Program-made: the position numbers and the translations under genes
Notes under the pieces: generated by a model
Told to the model about the DNA's origin: nothing
The model's database searches: none
The model's input: only the letters and a program-made list of their open reading frames with translations
DNA from: Mobula hypostoma
Lineage: Eukaryota
Length of the DNA stretch: 64,000 bases
Direction: 5' to 3'
Assembly: GCF_963921235.1 (NCBI RefSeq)
Contig: NC_086097.1
Coordinates: forward strand, 226,612,001 to 226,676,000
Shown here: positions 1 through 11,939 of the stretch, piece by piece
How positions within the stretch are numbered: the first letter of the stretch is position 1
How the letters are laid out: each line of letters opens with the position of its first letter

Positions 1-434
1 CATCCTTGGGCTGAACCTGTCTTATTTCAGCCCTGCATATAAATCATAGGAGGTAATTGTAAAACGTTTTTTTTTCCATTACTACCCGGCTCTTCGGTGT
101 AGCCAGAGCTCCAGATCCTGATGTGAACATTTTGGGCACAGCTGCAATCATCGGGCCATTTGAAGAGAACCTATGGGGTCCTCAAAATGAGATTGTTACC
201 TAAATATCTCAGGTCTGTCTGCTGCACACTACATTACCTGTTCACCACGAGGCCATGGTTCCCTATCACACTGATAGCTACATAAGGGTGACTCCTTATG
301 CAAATGTTGACTCCTGGAGGCCCATCACATCTGACCAATAATGACCTGAGTCACCATGGGGTACAATCCAATGTCACCGTCTCCTTTTACTGATCATTTA
401 AACCCCTCTCCTAAAAGGGTCCTTTAAAATTTCC

Positions 435-1070
435 ATCCAAGTTGATAGGGTTGTTAAGAAGGCGTATGGTGTCTTAGCCTTCATTAGTTGGGGGAATTAA
501 GTTCAAGAACCACAAGGTAATGTTGCAGCTCTGAGAAGCCCTGGTTAGACAAAACTTGGAATATTGTGTTCATTTCTGGTCACCTCATTATAGGAAGGAT
601 GTTAATGCTTTAGAGACGGTACAGAGAAGGTTTACCAAGATGCTGCCTGGATTAAGGAACATGTTTTATGAGAACAGATAGTGAACTAGGGCTTTATTCT
701 CTGAAGTGAAGGGGAATGAGAGGTGATTTAATAGAGGTGTACAAGTTAAGAGGTATTGTTATACCCAGATACATTTTCTCAGGGCAGAATTGGCTAATAT
801 GAGGGGATATAATTTTAAGATGATTGGAGAAAAGTATGGGGGGATGTCAGAGGTAAATTTTTTACACAGTGGTGTGGGCATAGAATGCCCTGCCAGTGGT
901 GATGGTAGAGGCAGATACATTACTGACGTTTAAGAAACTCATAGGCACATAGGCACTAGGATGACAGAAAAATAAAGGGTTATGTGGGTTAGATTGCTCT
1001 TAAAGTTGGTTAAAAGATTGGTACAACAGCATGGGTGAAATGGCATGTACTGTAAAGTTCTATGTAATGT
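435..1070 (+). mobile_element. CR1-type LINE 3' fragment (degraded RT C-terminus and 3' UTR)
   Basis: Aligns by eye to the 3' part of the CR1 at 60720-61386 (gttgatagggt..aagaaggc, ttggaatattgtgttca, agaaggtttaccaagatgctgcc). Ends in ctgtaaagttctatgt. Confidence 0.85.
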
Positions 1071-1551
1071 GTAAAAATCAGAAACAAGCAAAGATTTGTA
1101 TTTATACATCAAGTTAGAAGCAAAGCCACAAAATGATTGACTTACCATTCATGTGCTTCCCATAGCCTTCAGCTTGTCTTTGCCTCCTTTCCCTATTCTA
1201 TGCATTTCTATCCAAATGGCTGCTGCCAAGTTAGTGGGTGATTACTCCTTTAGAATGATGTAGGCTGCCAATGGCCAGGCTGAGGTGCATTATCAACCTT
1301 TGTACCACACCATCTTACCACAAGCAGCAGTAATCCAGGATATCTTGTTTGTCAGCATCTGCACAGACAACATCAGACTGGCGATAAAGGGAACCTTCAT
1401 TCTGAGTGGGAAGCACATACCTGCTACTTGGAGTCACTAACTCATTTTCAGACCTGTGTGTCATCTACTCAAGGATGAATCACTGAAGAGATATTAGAGT
1501 CATGAAGCCATTGGCATTAGCAGAACATGGCTCCTCGATGGCAGACAAAGC

Positions 1552-1648
1552 CCAGTCCTGATGAAGAGTCTCAGCCCGAAATGTTGACTCTGCTCTTTTC
1601 CATAGATGCTGCCCGGCCAGCTGAGGTCCTCCATCATTTTGTGTGAGC
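1552..1648 (+). mobile_element. Penelope-type terminal repeat fragment with degenerate minimal hammerhead motif (1553-1589)
   Basis: cagtc-ctgatga-agagtctcagccc-gaaatgtt-gact, followed by the family tail ccatagatgctgcc...attttgtgtg. Confidence 0.75.
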
Positions 1649-1945
1649 TGCAAAGGAACTTGACTTGAAGTGCTGCACTTGGGGGTCAGGAGGGACATCC
1701 TCCATCAGATACTACAACATAGTTGGATCTTCTGGTTATGACTGAGTTAATCCCCACTTTGTGCTGGAAAGGATACATTCCAAGTATTGCACACTGAACT
1801 ATGCCAAGGCTGGAGTTGGGCTCCTTCATGCTGAAAGACTCCTCTCACATGCTTTCAGACAAGCCAGGCAATACTACAAGGAACACTATGTGAATGTCAC
1901 TGAAAATTCAACTAAGACCTCTGGGTAGATGTTATATGTGTGCGT

Positions 1946-1968
1946 ACACACACACACAAACACACACA

Positions 1969-2010
<42 letters not shown>
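1946..2010. repeat. (CA)n microsatellite, interrupted
   Basis: Direct read: acacacacacacaaacacac... Confidence 0.98.
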
Positions 2011-2012
<2 letters not shown>

Positions 2013-2129
2013 CAAATTCATTATCATTATAATTTTTTTTCATGACCTGGCCCTGGCTACAGTTCATTTATGCTAAGTGGTATACTGTGTGCAGATTTTA
2101 TCTCTAAACTATCCTCATCAGCATGTAAA

Positions 2130-2520
2130 ATAAGACCATAATATATAGGAGCAGAATTAGGCCATTTGGCCAATCGAGTCTGCTCCACCATTTCATCATG
2201 GCTGAACCATTTCCCCTCAAAAACCCAGTCTCCTTCCTTCTCCCCATATCCCTTCATGCCCTGACTAATCAAGAATCTATCAGCCTTTGCTTTAAATATA
2301 CCCAGTGACTTGATTTCCACGATCGCCTGTGGCAGTGAATTCCACAGATTCACCGCTCTGTGGCTAAGCCAAGTTCTTTCTCATTTCTGTTTTACATGGA
2401 CCTTGCTCTATTCTGAGATTGCTTTCTTCGACTCCCCTTCTAGAGGAAAAATCCTCTTCAAGTCCACTCTATTGAAGCCTTTCCACACTGGTTAGGTTTC
2501 AATGAGGTCATCCCTCGCTG
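2130..2520 (-). mobile_element. CR1 3' fragment
   Basis: Minus ORF 2057-2353 reads NLWNSLPQ..LGIFKAKADRFL..GYGEK, the CR1 ORF2 C-terminus. Tail ttatggtcttat. Confidence 0.9.
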
Positions 2521-3955
2521 AAACCCAAGTGCCTGGGTTGGGTTGATTGATACGTGTAAAGGATGCAGTGAAAGCATATTCCTCCTCTGATTCTTCAGGC
2601 TAATGAGGAGCTAAGTGCTATTTCCAGTGTAATTGAGAAAGGCTCAAGGGTGTGGCCATGGACAGGTAAGAGAGCAGATTTAAAATACCTGAATACTACA
2701 AAGCACTGGAGATTATGAATGAAAGGGACAGTGAAAGGTGAGAAGATAAATTGTATCTGACCATACTGTCAGCATTAAGGATCACTGTTTCACTACTGGC
2801 TCCTGGTTTTGTCATAGCATTGCCAGCACTCTGTTCTCCAGGGACTGTGCCTCTGATCACAGTAGGATCTCCTTCCAGTCACTACTTGCATTAGCAAGCT
2901 ACTTTACCATGCCAGAGAGAGGACAATGTCATAACAGATCCACTGCAATGAATGTGTCTGACAGGCCAAGGAATGGGTGAGCATGGGTTGCTATTTGAAG
3001 TGATATCTGTGCTACATGGTGACTCCTAAACAGTAACATTTTAGTATCCATTGCTTTCTGGTCTGGATTACATTGCCTGTTGAGTAGGATATAGTTTGTG
3101 GTACTTTTACTGTTAAATGGTCGCAGTTGTATGTAAGTGGAATCAAGGCGATAATTGGTGTTCCAAAATATTTGAAATTTGCTGTTTATCTGGTAAAATA
3201 TTGCTGCAGAAATTATGTCAGATCCATTATGGCCCTTTGCAAACTGATGATCAGTGTGCACTAAAACTATAGCATCTACAATGCTTTTTTTTAAGGCTGT
3301 CCACCTAAGTTAGTTAGTTATTTGGCCATTGTCCATTGAACTGGTGGTTATAGCTTGTTTCAGACTATGTTGTTAAACTGAAGTGCTGTTACACAGAGCA
3401 AACACTTCATAGTTTGGAATCAGCTCTATTGGCTGTACGACACCTTAAGAAGGCTGCTTGAGGCCACCTCCTCGGTCAAAACAGCCATAGATGCGGATAT
3501 TAATGCTTTCTGGTGTCAGGGTCTTCTTCCTGCCTTTAAGTTAAAACTAAGGTGTCAAGCACTCACCTTGAAACTATACCCTGCCCTCAGCTGACAGTAA
3601 ACCAGCCTACTTTACTTCATCTTTTGACCAGTCAATTGTCTCTGGAGTCTCTGTTGGCCTTATGGCAGCATTAGATTGGCAGGCCAGCCTTGTTTGATCT
3701 TGCCTCCAGCCCGTGCTCCCGAATCACCCCCAGTCTTGGCTGCCATCCAGTTTCTAAACTCAAATCTAGTGATTGAGTCAGCTTTGGAATATCTCACCAA
3801 GTCAAATATATTTATCATGACAAGCAGATAAAATTGCTCAATATTCTCGGTATCTACTGAGTATTTTATTATTACGTCTACCAGGGGACAAAAAAAGAGA
3901 AGATTTGGTAACTATTAGAAGTATTCAGGTATTGCTAGCAATTATTTCGTGTAAA

Positions 3956-4170
3956 CAACACACAAAATGCTGGAGGAACTGGAAAAGAGCAGAGTTGACA
4001 TTTCAGGCTGAGATCCTTCATCAAGACTGTTTTTTTTTCCTCCAGTCCTGATGAAGGATCTCGGCTCAAAACATCGACTATACTCTTTTCTATAGATGCT
4101 GCCTGGTGTGCTGAGTTCCTCCAGCATTTTGTGTGTGTCGCTTGGATTCCCAGCATCTGCAGATTTTCTC
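3956..4170. mobile_element. Fold-back Penelope-type terminal repeat with two inverted hammerhead-like motifs (3992-4029 minus, 4043-4079 plus)
   Basis: cacacaaaatgctggaggaact ... ttcatcaagactg [poly-T] ccagtcctgatgaagg ... agttcctccagcattttgtgtg. Confidence 0.8.
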
Positions 4171-5903
4171 TTATTTATAGTGTAAATGCTGTTTATAGCA
4201 TGGTTCTACCTTCTAGCTGCTGTCAACAGATCTAAATACAGTTTTACTGAGATGTATGAATCTAAGTGGTTCTTAAGGGACATGGTTCATTTTGAACTAT
4301 GCAGATGAGTGATTTTCAGCTGCATGCAACCAGTGAGATTGTTTATTGTTTCTTCAGCTGGACATTTACTGAAGTTATGAGGAACACTATATCTTTCCTT
4401 TAATTCCCAACTAGTTTGGAAGACCCTAGTATCATATGATGCAAGTTTGCAAACTCAAGGCTTTCAACTAACTGGATTTGTTTAAGCAAAAAATGTTAGC
4501 TTCTGTTTGTTGCCCTATAACTTATTTTTGCCAAGTGCTCATCTAATTTCCTGTTCAGAGTTACCCAGACTCATCATTGGTGAAGGTAAACAGAAAGGAT
4601 ATATAAAAGAAAGCTCTGAGGTTGATCAGATTTAGATTTATAAAATATAGACGGAGTGTCTGCTGGAAATAGTAAGTAGGCACAAAATGATGGAAGGAAT
4701 TTAAATGTTTGAGGCATCATTTGCTATTCTATTAAATAAACTGCACAGTTCTCTACGTGCTTTGAGTTTTGGACTCTCTGAAACAAAGACTAATTCAGTA
4801 GCTACACTGTGGAGCTCTGTGCAAACTGTCATTTTAAACCAAAACTTACTTCTAAAAATGTCTACCTGATACATAAACAAAGAGACTGAGCTAATTGAAT
4901 GAAATACAACTCCAATAAAGTTAACTGAAGATACAAAAATGTTCAGCAGTTAATTAATTTATTAACTTTAAACTTTAAAGCTGAAACCGTAAGGAGATGA
5001 ATGCATTAAAGCCAAAAAAACTATATTTGAATGTCATCTTCACACCCTTTTTAATATTTTAACTTCCCTCCTGTCCTACAGCAGTGATGCAGCACTTTTG
5101 TTTTACTGGATCTGAGTTGAAAATCATTTAAGGGAATTTTATGAATGTTGGGGCCCAGAAGTAAAGCTTCACGTACGTTTAGTCAAAGTGCATTTTGAAT
5201 ATTCTGAAGATATAGTTTTATTAAAGTATACCTTCAATCTAATATCTGGAAGAAGTATAAGTTAAAATGCTCAGAATTAATAGGAAGTAATATAACTAAA
5301 ATCAGGTTTTATAAATTAAAACCAGCAGAAAAGAAAGCAACAGGGTTTGGCACAGGTCAAGAATTTAGTATTGAAATCTTTTGTGATTAGTAATTTACTC
5401 TCAGTAGCCAATTTACACTTGTTGGTGCAGATAGAACTGAATGGCCCAATAACCATTGATGGCAATTTATTTTGATGTACTGACCTCCTTTACGATAGCA
5501 AAATACGACCACAGTTTTTCCCTGGAGTGATTATTTAACAAAAAATTGACTCCTAATCACTGTTGAGATACTGGCTTCTTAAAGAAAAGAGAAAGCTTAT
5601 TGGATAAAATTTCAGAATACAGGGAGAAGTTAAAGGCACCTCAATCAGTGGTGGTGCAGCGAAAATGCTTGTGAGGACTGATTTGGATGCCTCATCTCTG
5701 GGCATTTCCAACATTTGTCCCTTGGTTACAGTTCTCTCCAGCAACACCAATTTGCACTTCATGACCTCTGCATATTCTTTTGTTGCCCTTCTCTCTCTAT
5801 CTCCGTGAAATATTGTATTATCATGGCAACACTGGAATTACCCTATGCTAATCATTCCTCCCTCATTCTGTCTGCAATTTAAAACTAACATGTTTTCTCA
5901 CTT

Positions 5904-6085
5904 AACACACATCAAAGTTGCTGGTGCACGCAGCAGGCCAGGCAGCATCTCTAGGAGAGGTACAGTCGATGTTTCGGGCCGAGACTGTACCTCTTCCTAG
6001 AGATGCTGCCTGACCTGCTGCGTTCACCAGCAACTTTGATGTGTGTTGCTTGAATTTCCAGCATCTGCAGAATTCCTGTTGTTTA
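5904..6085. mobile_element. Palindromic Penelope-type repeat with the centre deleted (arms 5904-5967/5983-6047)
   Basis: Near-perfect inverted arms aacacacatcaaagttgctggtg.../...caccagcaactttgatgtgtgtt around a 15-nt loop. Confidence 0.85.
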
Positions 6086-6564
6086 TGTTTTCTCACTTTT
6101 TAGTTCTGACAAAAGGACTTTGGCTTGCAGTGCCAGAACCAAAAATTCACTAGGCTAGTTCCAAGGACAGAGGGCCTGCCATACAAGAAAACGTTGAGAA
6201 GAAAAATGCACGAATATTCTTTTAAGTCTAGAATAATGAGAGGCAATCTCCTTGAAATATAAATTCTTACTCTGGAAGCAGGGAGGTTGTTTCCTCCAGA
6301 TCTAGGCACAGTTTGAGAGATGGACGTTTAGAAATGAATGGAGAAGAAATTTTGTGTAGGAGTGATGATCCTTTATAATTCTGTTCCCGTGGGGACTCCG
6401 GAGGCACAGTTCATTCAAAAGAGAAATGGATAGTAATTGAGGGTTATGGGGATGGTGCTGAATAATGGTTAGACACATTAGACAAAATGAAGGCAAGGAA
6501 GTTTTGAGGAGTCAGACAGCCTGTCCTGTTTTGAGTTTTGTTTCCACGATTTTAATCTCTACCA

Positions 6565-6895
6565 TAGCCCTCATCAGGAGGTCACAGATTCAAATTTCAC
6601 CCAGAGGATAGAAGTCAGGCTGAAATTTAAAGGCCAATACTGAAAAAAAGTTTGCATAGTTGACTACAATTTTCTTGGAGGACACAATAAATTTGAGATT
6701 GAAGCAATATTTGATTACAGCTCCATTTTCTTCCCCTGGTTTTACTTGAGGAAAATGAAATAGCTTTCCTGGTGCATTTGTGCTTTCTTACTTTTCGCAA
6801 TTATCAATAAAATGGACAGTCTGGTCATTTACCTCACTGTTTGTCAAAGCTTGTTGTGTTCCAAATGGTTGCTTTGTTTCCACATAACACTTGCG
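6565..6895 (+). mobile_element. Old Deu-domain SINE remnant (SacSINE1/AmnSINE1-like)
   Basis: 6821-6895 ctggtcattt..ctgtttgtcaaagcttgttgtgttccaaatggttgc..gtttccacataaca resembles the DeuSINE 3' region as I recall it. Weak tRNA-like head near 6575. Confidence 0.45.
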
Positions 6896-7119
6896 TAACT
6901 GGAGTTGGAAAACATGGAAATCAAGTTGTAATCTGCTTGTGCTAATAGATGCAAATTTTTTTCACACAGCAAAATGGTTGACATATTCCAAAAGGGCTGT
7001 ATCCTGTTATTACTGAGTAATGGAATGGATTATTGGTCTTCATTACTTTGGTCCATTTTGTTCAACAGAGTTTTGAGAGTTAAGCTAATGACATTGTGCA
7101 ATGAGATATTTCACAAAGG

Positions 7120-9505
7120 TGGCAGTGATCAAAATATGATAGAATTCATCCTGCAGTTTGAGAGGAAGAAGATAAAGTCAGATGTATCAATATTTCAGTG
7201 GAGAAAAGGGAATTACAGGGCTATGAGAGGGGAACTCGCCAAAGTTGATTCAAGGGGACACGAGCAGGGATGACGGCAGAATAGCAATGGCTGGAGTTTC
7301 TGGTGGCAATTCAGAAGGTGCAGGATAAATACATCCTAAGGATGAAGAAGTTTCCTGAAGGGAGGATGAGGCAACCATTGCTGGCAAGGGAAGTTGAAGA
7401 CAGCATAAAAGGTCAAGAGAGGGCACATAATGTAGCAAAAATTAGTGGGAAGTTAGAGGATTAAGAAGCTTTTAAAAGCCAAAAGAAGACAACTGAAAAA
7501 GCCATAAGGAGAGGAAGGGTGAAATATGAAGGTAAATACAATAATATCAAAGGGGATACCCAAAGAATTTTTTTTAGATATACAAAGAGTAAAAGAGAGC
7601 CAAGAGTGGATATTGGACCACTGAAAGATGACGCTGGAGAGGTAGTAATGTGGGACAAAGAAATGGCAGACTTATTTAGTAAGTATTTTTCATCAGTCTT
7701 TACTGTGGAAGATGCCAGCAGTATGCCAGGAATTTGACAGTGTCAGGGGTCAGAAGTGAGTGTAGTTGCTATTAATAAGGAGAAGATGCTTGGGAAACTG
7801 AAATGTTTGAAGGTAGATAAGTCACGTGGACCAGATGGAATACACCCGAGGGTTCTGAAAGGGGTAGCTGAAGAGATTGTAGAGGCATTAGTAATGATCT
7901 TTCAAGAACCACTAGATTCTGGAATGGTTCCTGGGGACTGAAAATTTGTAAATTTCACTCCACTCTTTAAGAAGGTAGGGAGCAGAAGAAGGAAGGGGAA
8001 TCGTGTTTGATGAAAGGTGGCGGGGGAGATTATGGAAGCACTGGTGATGATCTTCCAAGAATCACTGGATACTGCACTGGTTCTGGAGGACTGGAAAATT
8101 GCAATTGTCACTCTGTTCTTTAATAAGGGAAGGAGGCAGAAGAAAGGAAGTGATATTCCAGTTATCTTGACTTTAGTGGTTAGGAAGTCCATTATTTAGC
8201 ATGAGGTTTCAGAGTACTTGGAGGCGCATGATAAAATAGACCAAAGTCAGCATGGCTTCCTTAAAGGGATATCTTGCCCGACAAATCTGTTGGAATTCTT
8301 TGAGGAAATAACAGGTAGCATAGACAAAAGAGAGGCAGTGGATGTTGTTTACTTGGATTTTCAGAAAGCCTTTGACAAGATGCTTAACAAGAGTCCATGG
8401 TGGTTACAGGAAGAATGGGCAGAAAATTAGCTGATTGGAAGTGGGAATAAACGAGGCCTTTTCTGACTGGCTGCCAATGGTTAGTGGTGCTCCACAGGGT
8501 CAGTATTGGGACCGTGTCATTTCTCGTTATATGTCAACAGTCTGGATAATGGACTTGATGGCTTTTTGGGCGAATTTGAAGACAATACAGTGATAGTGGA
8601 GGGACAGATAGTGTTGAGGAAGCAGGGAGTCAGCAGAAGGATTTAGACAGATTGGGAGGTGATGCGCAAAGAAGTGGCAGGTGGAATGTAGTGTAGGCAA
8701 GTGTATGGTCATGCACTTTGGTAGAAGTAATAAAGGTGTTGACTATTAAGTGGGGAGAAAATTTAAAAATCTGAGGTGAAAAGGGACTTTGGGAATCCTT
8801 GTGCAGGATTCCCTGAAGATTAACTTGGAGTTTGAGTCAGTGGTGAGGAACGCAAATGTAATTTTAGCATTCATTTTGAGAGGACTAGTATATAAGAGCA
8901 ATGATGTGACGCTGAGACTTTATAAAGCATTGGTCAGACCTCACTTGGAGTATTGTGAGCTGTTTTGCACCCTCTCATCTAAGAAAAGATGTGCTGGCAT
9001 CGGATATGTTCCAGAGGAGGTTCACAAGAATGATTCTGGAAATGAAAGGGTTAATGTATGAGGAGCATTTGATGGCCATGGGCCTGCAGTCACTGGAGTT
9101 TAGAAGAATGAGGGTGTATCTCATTGAAATCTAATGAAAATAATGAAAAGCCTAGGTAGAGTGGATATAGAGAGGATGTTTCCTGTAGTGGATGAGTAGT
9201 CCCAAAGGGCACAACCTCAAATTAGAGGGACTTCCATTGAGAAGAGAGATGACGAATTTCTTTAGTCAGAGGGTGGTGAATCTGTGGAATCCTCTGCTAC
9301 GGATGATTGTGGAAGCCAAGTCATTGAGTATATTCAAAGCAGAGATTGATAGATTCTTGATTAGTCAGAGTGTCAAAGGTTACAGGGAGAAGATAGGAGA
9401 ATGGGGTTGAGAGGGATGATAAATCAGCCATGGTGGAATGGGAAGAGCCCACTTGATGGGCCAAGTGATCTTAGTCTGCTCCTAAGTCTTTAGTCTTATG
9501 GTGTT
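7120..9505 (+). mobile_element. 5'-truncated, degraded CR1 ORF2 (end of endonuclease through RT and 3' UTR)
   Basis: ORF fragments GSDQNMIEF, VDKSRGPDGIHPRVLK, QHGFLKG, DVVYLDFQKAFDK, LYKALVRPHLEYC, FFSQRVVNLWN. Tail tcttatggt. Confidence 0.95.
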
Positions 9506-9574
9506 ATAGTCCAAGAATGTGCTGGGAGCAGCTTGAAGTGGTGCCAAGCTTCCAGTGGCAATAAAACATGTCCA

Positions 9575-9742
9575 CAACTCACAAAACATAATGTGTGCCT
9601 CTTTGGAATATGGAAGGAAACCAGAGGATCCGCAGGAAACCCACACGGACAGACAAACTCCTTACAGGCAGCAATGGTAATTGAACTTCAATTGCTGATC
9701 ACTGACACTGTAATAGCATTACTGTAACTGATACGCTACCAT
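9575..9742 (-). mobile_element. V-domain tRNA-derived SINE (degraded)
   Basis: Reverse complement of ggtagcgta...gttcaatt...ctgtaaggagtttgt..gtgggtttcctgcgg..ggtttccttcc. Confidence 0.7.
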
Positions 9743-10383
9743 CAGGAAAAGATGCAAGTTTTTCTGATTAATTTTTCTTTAGTCGGCTTCCAGAACTGCT
9801 TTTTTGGTGTGCTATCTTTAAAAAGGATTCTGCTGTTTGAACATAATTCGGTAGTGTTCTAATTTTTCTGTAAATCACCCTCACTATCTGGTTTGAAATA
9901 ACTTACAGGTGAAGTTAGCAATTGGCTTGAAATGTGCGGCATTGGTGGCAATGTAAATTGCACTGTTAATGCTGATTTTGTGGTTCACTGCATTTCTGAC
10001 ACTACAAAGGTAAAGTTTAGCACTGAAGTGAAACTCTGTAGTAGCAATAGGAACAGTAGTGGCTGCTTTAACAGCACAAAAGCAGCAGGAGCAAGCACAG
10101 ACTGTGAACTTTCTCAACACTGCTAATGTTTAAAAACAAAAATAGAAAATGTACTGGCGGTTAATTTTCAACAAACTTTGCAGAACAGTATCAAAAAGTA
10201 AGGCGCCTTGAGAAAGACCAATGAAAAATTCATCTTCAGTCATTAGTATAAATGTGTAAAAGCAGCCATGTATTTCTGTCCACAATCAACATTTTGATGC
10301 AGTGACTTTAGTGAAACTGAATTTCTGAGTTGTGTGTTCAACATATATTCCACCTCCATGAACTCATAAACACTGCCTCACTA

Positions 10384-11939
10384 CAGGTGTCCCCCGCTTT
10401 TCGAACGTTCGTTTTACGAAACCTCACTGCTACGAAAAACCTACATTAGTACCCTGTTTTTGCTTTCAGAAGGTGTTTTCCCTGTTACAAAAAAAAAGCA
10501 GCACACGATAAAAGGCAGCGCGCGCCCCGAGCAGCCGCTTTCCCCCGGATTCTCGCCAGCATTGCTTTAACATGTGCCTGTGAGCAGCCGTTTGCAAGAT
10601 GCGTTCTGAGGTATTGGAAAAGCCTGAAAGAGCTCGTAAGGGTGTTACAATTAACGTAAAACTAGATATAATTAAGCGTTTTGATCATGGTGAATGAAGT
10701 AAGGACAATGTGAGTTTGGCCTGTGGAAGCTGACGAACATGATGTTGAAGAGGTTTTGGCATCCCATGACCAAGAACAGACAGATGAAGAGCTGATGCAA
10801 TTGGAAGAAAAAAGGATAACAATGGAAACCGAATGAGTAATGATAAAGTACAACTTTAATTTTGAAAGAGTACGTCGGTTTAGGAGATATTTGCAGGATG
10901 GTTCGAGTCCTTACAAAGAACTGTGTGATAGAAAAATGCATGAGGCAAGCAAGCCTTCCACATCAGCCACAGCAGACGACGAACCTCGACCTTCGACATC
11001 GAGGCAGGCAGAGATAGAAGAAGATGAGCTGCCTGCCCTAATGGAAACAGATGACGATGAGATGACACTCCAGTGTCCCACCACCCCAACCCCCAGGCCA
11101 CGGACAGATACTGATTCGCGGAGAATGCAACGGTAGCCAGAGGCACACAGCACATCTTTAAGAAAAAAGCCGAAATAAACATGCTAATTAATTAGGTGCT
11201 GCCCGGCACGTAAATGTCGGCCCAGATCAGAGATGATGCAATCGGCAATTGGCACTGATCTGGGTCAACAATTACGTGTCGGGTGGCACCTAATTAATTA
11301 GCTTGTTTATTTCGGCTTTTTTCTTAAAGATGTGCTGTGTGCCTCCCGGCTACCGCTGGACCCCTGCATGCCTCGCGGCAATGTATCGCTCGGCGGCCCG
11401 GAGGGTGGGGGCCACTGCACCATCCCAGCCTGCGATGACTCAGTCTAACACACCATCATCCGTGTGCTCGGCAAGCTGTCTTCCCGATTCCCGTAAGTGA
11501 TACTACACTGTTCATACATTATTTCTACTTTATATCGGCTGTGTATTTTTACGTGTTATTTGGTATGATTTGGCAGCTTCATAGCTTAAAGGTTACTGGA
11601 GAGAGTGTTCTTGCCAACAGCGCTTGCGTGAGATTTTCTGCCGATGGCGCTTGCGTGAGATTTTCACTATGGAGAACAGTTCAGTAATGATTGTGGAAAA
11701 GTATTTCTACTTTATATAGGCTGTGTACTTATCATATTATTCCTGTTTTTACTATATGTTACTGCTATTTTAGGTTTTATGTGTTATTTGGCATGATTTG
11801 GTAGGTTATTTTTGGGTCTGCAAACGCTTACAAAATTTTCCCATATAAATAAATGGTAATTGCTTCTTCGCTTTACGACATTCCGGTTTACGAACCATTT
11901 CATAGGAACGATCTACCTTCAGATGGCGGGGGAAACCTG
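10384..11939 (+). mobile_element. pogo/Tigger-like internally deleted DNA transposon
   Basis: TA-caggtgtcccccgc...gcgggggaaacctg-TA (TA at 10382-83 and 11940-41). HTH_psq-like remnant RKGVTINVKLDIIKRFDHGE (~10630-10695) joined to an acidic C-terminal remnant DVEEVLASHDQEQTDEELMQLEE. No DDD domain. Confidence 0.9.
11131..11355. repeat. Internal hairpin: ~100-bp inverted arms (11131-11230/11255-11355) with a 24-nt loop
   Basis: cggtagcc..cacacagcacatctttaagaaaaaagccgaaataaaca..taattaattaggtg..cccagatcag versus its reverse complement. The ORF track shows mirrored MFISAFFLKMCCVP on both strands. Confidence 0.95.

Noticed and set aside
4559..4585. 27-nt micro-exon candidate (ttcAG..GAAG|GTAAAC)
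   Set aside because: Too short to distinguish from chance without RNA data
9909..10009. Possible plus-strand exon (ttacAG..AAG|GTAAAG; EVSNWLEMCGIGGNVNCTVNADFVVHCISDTTK)
   Set aside because: Weak polypyrimidine tract, unrecognised peptide and no supported partner exons
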